A stretch of 64,000 bases of DNA, taken from Mobula hypostoma. Its lineage: Eukaryota. Of this stretch, positions 60,201 to 64,000 are shown one piece after another. Made by a program: the position numbers and the translations under genes. The DNA lies in contig NC_086097.1 of NCBI RefSeq assembly GCF_963921235.1, forward strand, positions 126,358,001 to 126,422,000, given 5' to 3'. Within the stretch, counting starts at the first letter, position 1. Each line of letters begins with the position of its first letter. Under the pieces are notes generated by a model. That model saw only the letters and a program-made list of their open reading frames with translations. It was not told the origin of the DNA and searched no databases.

Positions 60201-61697
60201 TGACTCGTGACCCTTTTGCTCAATATAAGCAAATTTCTGAGCCTCTAAGGTTTTCAAAGTTGTCAGCATAAGCACACAACATGCCACGATCTCCAAATGT
60301 GCTCGAGGCATGCTGCTCGGTCTCCCTGGCCTGAGGCAGGCAAGTGAATCTCATCCCAGGAAGTCCAATGTAGTTTTCCACTATTGTTCTGCTACTTTTG
60401 AGTATCTTGCTTTATCTATGCTCAGCTGATGTGGTTAGAAATTAAACTGGTGTGAGCAGCCAGGGAAATAAATGATAGCTTTTGCTCTCCAGATCCACCC
60501 TTGCCGCACTGATGGCTGCTACAAATATCAGGCAGTGCAGTGGAGTCCTGGGTGCTACAAGAAAACATGATACTCATTCATCTGCTAATACTTCTCATGA
60601 TTCACAACCACTTATACATCTTGGGAGTGTAAATCCTTACTGTTTATGAAAACATCTGTATTATTAATCTGAGCCTTCAAGGACATGGTTATATTCACTG
60701 ACTTTCAGCCCTTTTGGGAAGCAAGTATTGATGGCAAAACCCAGTGCCTAAGATGCCCCCTTCTCACTAAAATTGAAGATGATAAATTTACTCCTCTGCC
60801 AATAGAGAGTTTTGTGATCTCTGATGGAGCAGTATCCAGTGAATTGAGAAATATCACATTGCTCTACTGTGCCTGCCTGATAATCCAGTGACCACAAAAC
60901 TGAATGTCACAATTAACATTGACTTCCATGCTGGGCACAGTTCAGATGCAAAGCATGATCAAAGGCTGTCCCAAAGGATATCACTTATCATTATGGTGGC
61001 GTACTTTGAAATCCGAGTAGCTAATACTGTCCAATATGATCTTCTACAAGTCAAATCCATCTTTGACCATAACATGTTTTAGAAAAGTATAATCTATTTA
61101 CATTTCTAACTGTTATGTGTCAGATACACTTACTGGGAGATCTTAAAAATCAGAAAAAACATGCATCCAGGTTCCTGATTGAGGTAACTATATGATTTGC
61201 ACCTTGTGGGAAATACAGGAATGTGTGTTAACTCAAAATCCATGAAATTATAATGTGTAGATTTGTGGTTTATTTCAGTGTAATTTTTCAAGACCCTCAG
61301 GACAGCTATCTAAATAGTATGATAGATCATGAAATGTGGGCTTGGAAGATAGTATTCCCTGCCATCAATTTGCCTTGTGTTGACTGCAGATTCATATGTG
61401 TACTCAGTCATAGAATGGAAGCAGGAAGAACTTTCCCAAGTATGTCCCTAGCTCATTTGGAGAGATCAGTGTCCACCTTTCTTAAGGTAGATGTAAGTGT
61501 GGGGGTCTGTCTATTCTTCTGATCAGGAATTGGCACTAATCAAATTGTGAAGAAAAATGTACATTAGATGGATAATCAGTAATACTAATGAAAGCAAATG
61601 TATTTCAGATTATGGAGTTTCTAGCAATGTACCTGATGTTGAAACTCAAACAATGCCATTCTTCAAGTTAATAAAGAAGAAACGGACTCATAGGTAA
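137..61697 (+). CDS. Spliced, 5'-partial gene for a divergent TRP-superfamily 6-TM cation channel (14 predicted exons, about 575 aa in window)
   Basis: Exons 137-230, 939-964, 1786-1877, 14683-14791, 19942-20112, 26783-26850, 29617-29787, 38226-38344, 40748-40952, 46084-46291, 52377-52495, 58787-58947, 59836-59931 and 61609-61697 have AG acceptors, GT donors on internal exons, and matching phases. They total 1728 nt with no internal stop. Motifs: pre-S1 [19 protein letters not shown]4-S5 linker [12 protein letters not shown], pore [16 protein letters not shown]6 [11 protein letters not shown]-like helix YMQRASIL. Confidence 0.9.
939..964 (+). CDS. TRP-like channel 26-nt micro-exon B: (E)QEKDRKQA
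   Basis: Acceptor ttctgctcttacttttag and donor GCG|gtaagc. Converts phase 1 to the phase 0 needed to join exons A and C. Confidence 0.7.
1075..1230 (+). mobile_element. Degenerate Penelope-like terminal repeat (pLTR) with decayed hammerhead motif
   Basis: cagatga-ggagtctcaaccc-gaaa-tgtc followed by the family tail agatgct...gagttcctccagc. Confidence 0.6.
1786..1877 (+). CDS. TRP-like channel exon C (pre-S1): [30 protein letters not shown]
   Basis: Acceptor tttgtttcttattag and donor TT|gtaagt. The LxHPV...LKW..YG motif is typical of TRPA/TRPV-type pre-S1. Confidence 0.9.
2020..2685 (+). mobile_element. CR1-clade LINE 3' fragment (ORF2 C-terminus plus tail)
   Basis: [37 protein letters not shown] and VVNLWNLLP; 3' tail ctgctcctatgtcttatgg. 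Confidence 0.9.
3679..3924 (-). repeat. 3' LTR of Gypsy element
   Basis: TGTTATG...CACAACA, similar to 8467-8710. Confidence 0.9.
4934..7270 (-). mobile_element. Internally deleted CR1 LINE (ORF1 Zn-finger plus SGNH-esterase-like domain, APE endonuclease, 3' tail; RT absent) nested in the Gypsy element
   Basis: ORF1 CLSCEMW...HICQKC and VIGDSIVRG...[34 protein letters not shown]. These join at about 5160 directly to the terminal VGAWNALP...FKRLLDRYM. Confidence 0.85.
8467..8710 (-). repeat. 5' LTR of Gypsy element
   Basis: TGTTATG...CACAACA followed by TSD AATAT. Confidence 0.9.
8988..9510 (-). mobile_element. CR1 LINE 3' fragment
   Basis: [23 protein letters not shown] plus CR1-type tail. 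Confidence 0.85.
9511..9766 (-). mobile_element. Probable 5' end of an L1-like LINE (G-run 5' terminus, CpG-rich UTR, basic ORF1 start MPRKPQQKK)
   Basis: Minus strand starts GGGGGGGGGCGTCACGTGATG; ATG at 9617 opens a Lys-rich peptide. Confidence 0.5.
9770..10915 (-). mobile_element. Rex1/Babar-like non-LTR retrotransposon 3' part
   Basis: [13 protein letters not shown]...SGTGAPQGT and [10 protein letters not shown]...[12 protein letters not shown]-rich tail. Confidence 0.85.
10916..12235 (-). mobile_element. CR1 LINE internal fragment (RT region, decayed)
   Basis: [15 protein letters not shown]...[19 protein letters not shown] and [12 protein letters not shown]. Confidence 0.85.
12240..13550 (+). 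mobile_element. Rex1/Babar-like element 5' part (APE endonuclease)
   Basis: [64 protein letters not shown]. Confidence 0.8.
13555..14050 (-). mobile_element. CR1 5' UTR / ORF1 N-terminal fragment
   Basis: ECSPCEMWE...[10 protein letters not shown] zinc-finger, as in the other CR1 ORF1 copies here. Confidence 0.7.
14683..14791 (+). CDS. TRP-like channel exon D (S1): (F)[36 protein letters not shown]
   Basis: Acceptor ttttcag and donor CAG|gtaaaa; phase 2 to 0; hydrophobic helix. Confidence 0.9.
15115..19410 (-). mobile_element. Rex1/Babar-like fragment split in two (15115-15600 and about 18955-19410) by a CR1 insertion
   Basis: KFAEDTTAV...[14 protein letters not shown] in the right half; family 3' tail in the left half; sequence continuous across the CR1. 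Confidence 0.75.
15601..18955 (-). mobile_element. Near-full-length decayed CR1 LINE (ORF1, partial APE, RT, C-terminus, tail) with internal deletions
   Basis: ORF1 CARCQMW/HICARC and [52 protein letters not shown]. Tail (atagaaac)n. Deletion junction at about 17325. Confidence 0.92.
19942..20112 (+). CDS. TRP-like channel exon E (S2 plus S2-S3 loop): [57 protein letters not shown]
   Basis: Acceptor gggtttcag and donor TCG|gtaatt; 171 nt, phase 0-0. Confidence 0.9.
20920..21820 (+). mobile_element. Two old CR1 3' fragments
   Basis: FMRMLPGLE and characteristic CR1 3' UTR/tail sequence, heavily decayed. Confidence 0.65.
22480..23465 (-). mobile_element. CR1 LINE RT fragment
   Basis: [12 protein letters not shown]...KFTDDTK...[14 protein letters not shown]. 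Confidence 0.88.
23500..24960 (-). mobile_element. Gypsy-like LTR element remnant (gag joined to integrase C-terminal half, PPT, partial 3' LTR)
   Basis: IN motifs [15 protein letters not shown] and [13 protein letters not shown]. Gag motifs [10 protein letters not shown] and DRIVCGI...DLTLEK. PPT AAAGGGGGAAGAT precedes TG at 23614 on the minus strand. Confidence 0.85.
25598..25745 (+). mobile_element. Solo Penelope-like pLTR
   Basis: Same terminal sequence as the ends of the GIY-YIG-bearing copies at 53525 and 63527. Confidence 0.85.
25608..25643 (+). ncRNA. Minimal type-I hammerhead ribozyme motif, catalytic core intact
   Basis: GTC-CTGACGA-A-GGATCTCGGCCC-GAAA-TG-TC^GAC; stem I GTC/GAC; predicted cleavage after C25639. 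Confidence 0.7.
26783..26850 (+). CDS. TRP-like channel exon [23 protein letters not shown](W)
   Basis: Acceptor ttctaatatcag and donor TG|gtgagt; phase 0 to 2. Confidence 0.88.
27138..27365 (+). mobile_element. Solo LTR (228 bp)
   Basis: TG...CA termini, 5-bp TSD GGTTT (27133-27137 and 27366-27370), internal AATAAA at about 27306. Confidence 0.85.
27405..28310 (+). mobile_element. CR1 LINE RT/C-terminal fragment
   Basis: VTSGFPQGS...FINDLDEE...[10 protein letters not shown]. Confidence 0.85.
28311..29305 (-). mobile_element. CR1 LINE RT/C-terminal fragment (opposite strand)
   Basis: ERVQGRFTG...EFKRMRGN...RTRGHNLKI; minus-strand DFQKAFDKV near 29270. Confidence 0.8.
29617..29787 (+). CDS. 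TRP-like channel exon G (S3-S4): (W)[56 protein letters not shown](R)
   Basis: Acceptor tttcattttaatttag and donor AG|gtgagt; 171 nt, phase 2-2. Confidence 0.9.
29852..32660 (-). mobile_element. Internally deleted CR1 LINE (5' UTR, ORF1 esterase-like, APE N-terminus joined to RT C-terminus and tail)
   Basis: EDSIVRG...[18 protein letters not shown]...ESLWVE, junction at about 30885, [15 protein letters not shown]. Confidence 0.85.
32680..34600. mobile_element. Cluster of short CR1 fragments on both strands, plus a possible hAT-like terminus (caatgttccctctaa, about 32804)
   Basis: [15 protein letters not shown] at 33730 (+), minus-strand CR1 pieces at 32680-33470, and an NYKPVSLT fragment at about 34415. 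Confidence 0.65.
34630..36900 (+). mobile_element. CR1 LINE RT-to-tail, interrupted by a Rex-like insertion at about 35700-36530
   Basis: [26 protein letters not shown]1 resumes at about 36550 and ends with its tail at about 36900. Confidence 0.8.
35700..36530 (-). mobile_element. Rex1/Babar-like 3' fragment
   Basis: [19 protein letters not shown]; (aagattc)-like tail. Confidence 0.75.
37095..38030 (+). mobile_element. CR1 LINE 3' fragment
   Basis: [20 protein letters not shown] and [13 protein letters not shown]; tail cttatggtcttat. Confidence 0.9.
38226..38344 (+). CDS. TRP-like channel exon H (S4-S5 linker, S5): (R)[39 protein letters not shown](G)
   Basis: Acceptor ttgttctgtag and donor G|gtatga; GP..IMI motif typical of the TRP S4-S5 linker. 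Confidence 0.93.
39176..39585 (-). mobile_element. CR1 LINE 3' fragment
   Basis: [22 protein letters not shown] plus tail. Confidence 0.85.
39871..40216 (+). mobile_element. tRNA-derived SINE with V-SINE-like core (HE1-like) and (TAAA)n/(TAGA)n tail
   Basis: A-box-like TAGCATAGTGG, B-box-like ATTCAATCC, central GGGTT..CC.AGGTGCTCCGGTTT core, LINE-like 3' end. Confidence 0.8.
40748..40952 (+). CDS. TRP-like channel exon I (pore helix, filter, S6): (G)[67 protein letters not shown](T)
   Basis: Acceptor ttttttgtag and donor AC|gtaagt; NLLIAML S6 motif. Confidence 0.95.
41555..42000 (-). mobile_element. Rex1/Babar-like RT fragment
   Basis: [16 protein letters not shown]...[12 protein letters not shown]...[10 protein letters not shown]. 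Confidence 0.8.
42240..42720 (-). mobile_element. Old Penelope-like fragment (RT-EN linker region)
   Basis: Minus-strand peptide ...[24 protein letters not shown] resembles the PLE linker; heavily decayed. Confidence 0.45.
42957..43037. mobile_element. 81-bp hAT/Charlie-type MITE
   Basis: CAGTGGTTCCCAACCT left end, degenerate inverted right end, 8-bp TSD CTCTAAAC / CTCTAAGC. Confidence 0.75.
43204..43413 (+). mobile_element. Young tRNA-derived SINE with (CTT)n tail and 14-bp TSD
   Basis: A-box TGGCGTAGTGG, B-box GTTCGAATCC, TSD TCTTATGTTAAACC at 43190-43203 and 43414-43427, CpGs retained. Confidence 0.88.
43980..44420 (+). mobile_element. Penelope-like element 3' end (EN C-terminus plus pLTR with stem-II-deleted hammerhead)
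   Basis: [19 protein letters not shown]...GLNIDFS; cagtc-ctgatg-cccaaaatgttaactg. Confidence 0.8.
45305..45810. mobile_element. Old Penelope-like remnant with pLTR-like ends in opposite orientation
   Basis: Minus strand CTGATGA...CCTGAAA at about 45376-45402; plus-strand decayed pLTR ...gaatgctgcctgac at about 45740-45810. Confidence 0.45.
46084..46291 (+). CDS. TRP-like channel exon J (TRP-like helix): (T)[69 protein letters not shown]
   Basis: Acceptor ttctttttctctatccag and donor AGA|gtaagt; phase 2 to 0. Confidence 0.92.
46916..47072. mobile_element. Penelope-like pLTR with fold-back (inverted) hammerhead segment
   Basis: Arms 46916-46943 and 46946-46973 are reverse complements at 24/28 positions, followed by the family tail. 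Confidence 0.85.
47895..50065 (+). mobile_element. CR1 LINE, 5'-truncated and decayed (linker, RT, C-terminus, tail)
   Basis: [17 protein letters not shown]...[16 protein letters not shown] at about 49161, tail ctctatgattctatga. Confidence 0.92.
52377..52495 (+). CDS. TRP-like channel exon [40 protein letters not shown](S)
   Basis: Acceptor tattttcctatgtag and donor AG|gtaatg; phase 0 to 2 matches exon L. Confidence 0.8.
52503..52840 (-). mobile_element. Short retroposon 3' end with (CT)n/(CTCA)n microsatellite
   Basis: aaattcagattcatttatt tail resembling the Rex-type 3' ends elsewhere in the window. Confidence 0.5.
53325..53385 (+). mobile_element. RTE-clade 3' terminus remnant
   Basis: catagggtcgccatgagtc...caacagcag resembles RTE-type 3' ends. 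Confidence 0.5.
53622..53663 (-). ncRNA. Hammerhead motif, probably inactive (GAAA to AAAA)
   Basis: Minus strand TACAGTC-CTGATGA-A-GGATCTCGGCCC-AAAA-CG-TT-GACTGTA; perfect 7-bp stem I. Confidence 0.7.
54570..54607 (+). ncRNA. Minimal type-I hammerhead ribozyme motif, catalytic core intact
   Basis: CTGTC-CTGATGA-A-GGGTCTCGGCCT-GAAA-CA-TC^GACTG; predicted cleavage after C54602. Confidence 0.7.
54918..56007 (-). mobile_element. Rex1/Babar-like element, 5'-truncated, uninterrupted 289-aa RT C-terminal ORF
   Basis: [10 protein letters not shown]...[12 protein letters not shown]...[10 protein letters not shown]...[29 protein letters not shown]; (caagatt)n tail. Confidence 0.93.
56010..56270 (-). 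mobile_element. CR1 3' fragment
   Basis: [16 protein letters not shown]...FKRLLDRYM. Confidence 0.85.
57555..57752. mobile_element. Old inverted pair of Penelope-like pLTR remnants
   Basis: Left half (aacagaaaatattgaaa...cagcaggtttggcagca) is loosely reverse-complementary to the right half (ggatgccactgagtgtttccagca...ttccag). Confidence 0.5.
58787..58947 (+). CDS. TRP-like channel exon L (coiled-coil-like): (S)[53 protein letters not shown]
   Basis: Acceptor ttttcttttctttcag and donor G|gtacat; phase 2 to 1; heptad-like hydrophobic spacing. Confidence 0.82.
59235..59775 (+). mobile_element. CR1 3' fragment
   Basis: ggtgaagcctaatttggagt...tcacctacc, ttcttcactcagagagtggtgagagtgtg, tail ctatgactct. 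Confidence 0.85.
59836..59931 (+). CDS. Candidate exon M (symmetric, 96 nt): (D)[31 protein letters not shown]
   Basis: Acceptor ctctgttctgcattgtctttgcaag and donor AAG|gtgagg; phase 1-1, open, charged helix. Confidence 0.55.
61609..61697 (+). CDS. Candidate last coding exon N: (D)[28 protein letters not shown]
   Basis: Acceptor gtatttcag, phase 1 start. TAA at 61695-61697 overlaps a possible donor AG|gtaaac. Confidence 0.6.
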
Positions 61698-63239
61698 ACG
61701 AAATGTAGTAATGTAAGATATAAACATCTTTTTTTCTCATTTGCATAAACAAATGCAAGTATATAACATTATAATTATACACAATAAGTTTCTAATGATC
61801 ATATATTGTAATGTACTGCATACATTACATATATAACCTATTATAAGTACAATGATATATGAGCGTGAAGACTTCTAGAGACAGGTTTATTTCATACCCC
61901 TATAATTCACAAATAATTTTCACTTTTACCATTTTGCCTGTAGTGGAGCCTATTCTGTAGGAAGCCACTGACTGTTTCCTCCTCACTAGTCATCTTGTCT
62001 TTGACTTCAACACTTGCCATTGAATCTCATAAATCAGAGATGAGGTGGTACAGAGGCTCAGCCTGTCCAACTCTCAGTATTAAAATCAGATTATCATGTG
62101 AGTGCAGGCACAGTTCAGGCAGACAATTGGATAGAATACAATCCATGTCCATTAGGAAGACTGCCTCACTTTTTGTTATGTTAATTTGTTTGCTTTTACT
62201 GTGATCTTGTTGTGCATTTGTCTGCATATCAATAATAAGAAACATAGGACAGACAGTATGGAAGCTGAATATTTTGACAATCAGTCCATGTAGGTGTTTG
62301 CAGTCTATTCAAATCTTTTCCCATCTTTCCTTATTTATCACAATCACTATAACTCTTCATCATTATATGTTATTTGGCTTCCCCTTAAATGTATAACAGC
62401 AGGTTTCGGAGCTGTGCCAGTGTTTTGGTATTCTTTGCTCCAGAGATCGATGGATGCTCAGTTGCTGAATACAATCAAGATTGAGGTGATTAGATTTCAA
62501 AAAGTACAAGGGGCAAGGGGACACATCAGAAAGTGGATTTAGAGGATCATCCAATATATTATTAATGCTGATTTTTCTCTTCATCTTACATGTTGGTGGA
62601 TCTCCATTTATTTTCTGATCCTTAGGGTTCTTCCAGGAGTTAGCAATGATGAGCAGTCTTAATTCCAAGGTTTCAGTTTATTTTAGAGTACAAGCAAATA
62701 TACAAATACTAAGCAAATTAAATAACAAGCTGAGAAGTGATGCTAAGAGGTAGAATGGATGTGATAGAAGCCAAGATGGTGCCTCTGAAAAAACTATCAC
62801 TTTTATAATAAGATAAGGAACATTCATTAGATAGGAATCAATAAGTTAATAGGCTATGTAATTAAAACAATAACATCACATGGGTAATGTGCTAATACTT
62901 AGCCAATGAAAGATGGGAAAAGGTGATAAACTTATAGTTTAGCTGCTATATCGCCTTCTGCCAGTGAGTGTGAAAACTATATGAGTTTGTTAAAAAGTAC
63001 ATATCTTATAAAAAGTATTATTACAAAAAACAGTGCTCTCCAACAATGCGGTGCAGAATTACAATTGGCATTTCACTTCCATGTTTTTCAGATACTATTC
63101 CCTGCATGCCTTTCTAATCACCTTATTGAGCCTAGCTTTATAGTAGAGAGAGAATAAAATGACGTTATACATTTCAGTATAATACAGTTTCACTAATGCT
63201 GGCCATGATCCACTGTGCCTCGTGGATTTCCAGTTCTAA

Positions 63240-63526
63240 GCTGCCCGTTTTGTTCCAAATCTATCCCATTTAGAACAATAGTGCCACAATGTGGTAAAGC
63301 ATATTCCTTGTTGTGAAGATAGATCTTTAGCTCTGTAAGGACTATGCAGTGGTCAATTTTACAAGTACTTGATGTACAGATGCATCTAGAACAGGTAAAT
63401 TAGATGTGAGGATGGCAGGAGAATGGGGTTGAGAGGGAAATGGATCAGCCATGATGAAATGGTGGAGCAGATTCAATGTGCTGAATGGCCTAATTCTGCT
63501 CCTATATCTTATGGTATTATGGTCTC
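63240..63526. mobile_element. Decayed LINE fragment (minus strand) and a CR1 3' tail (plus strand, about 63410-63526)
   Basis: ggatcagccatgatgaaatggtggagcagattc...ctcctatatcttatgg tail. Confidence 0.6.
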
Positions 63527-63975
63527 TTGTGCCACGATGAGACCACTCTCAAGGTGGAAGAGCAGCACTTCATATTCCATCTGCGTAGCCTCCAACCTGA
63601 TGGCATGAACATCTATTTCTCCTCCAGTAAAACATTTTCCTTCCCCCTTCTTCTATTCCCCACTCTGACCTCTTACCTTTTCTCACCTGTCCATCACCTC
63701 CCCCGGTGCCCCTCCTTCTTCACTTTTTCCCATGGTCCACTCTCCTCTCCAGCTCTTCATCTGACCACCTATCACCTTCTAGCTGTCTTCTTTTTCCTCC
63801 CCCTCCTTTTTATTCTGGCATCTTCCCCCTTCCCTTCCAGTCCTGAAGAAGGGTTTCAGCTCAAAATGTCGACTGTTTATTCCCCTCCGTAGATACTGCC
63901 TGACTTGCTGAGTTCCTCCAACATGCAGAGTATGTTAATTTGGATTTCCAGCAACTTCAGAATTTCTTGTGTTTG
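63527..63975 (+). mobile_element. Penelope-like element 3' end with pLTR hammerhead motif (63838-63875, GAAA to AAAA)
   Basis: [66 protein letters not shown]. Confidence 0.88.
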
Positions 63976-64000
63976 TATCAAACTGATTCTTGTCCTGTCT

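Noticed and set aside
59940..61100. Possible Harbinger-like or other coding remnant downstream of exon M
   Set aside because: I could not read a recognisable transposase motif; too decayed to call without a database search.
1..64000. Prokaryotic-style systems (operons, CRISPR arrays, defence islands)
   Set aside because: The DNA has spliceosomal introns and vertebrate retroelements. I saw no regularly spaced repeat-spacer array and no dense coding.

Overview
This is eukaryotic, vertebrate-type genomic DNA, not prokaryotic. The repeat content (CR1/HER1-like LINEs, an HE1/V-SINE-like SINE, Rex1/Babar, Penelope-like elements, Gypsy LTRs) points to a cartilaginous fish, probably a ray; this is an inference. 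Almost all ORFs in the supplied track are decayed transposon fragments or spurious. Reading splice sites by hand shows the window is spanned by the 3' part of one + strand multi-exon gene. Fourteen phase-compatible GT-AG exons (137..61697, 1728 nt, about 575 aa) encode the pre-S1 region, six TM helices, pore, TRP-like helix and C-terminal coiled coil of a divergent TRP-superfamily cation channel. It resembles TRPV/TRPA in parts but does not clearly match any canonical vertebrate TRP, and its 5' end lies upstream of the window. The introns hold nested retroelements. They also hold about nine Penelope-type terminal repeats carrying minimal type-I hammerhead ribozyme motifs (CAGTC-CTGANGA-stem II-GAAA-NN-TH-GACTG), two with an intact catalytic core on the gene's sense strand. 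All coordinates were read manually, and TE boundaries are approximate unless a TSD is given.
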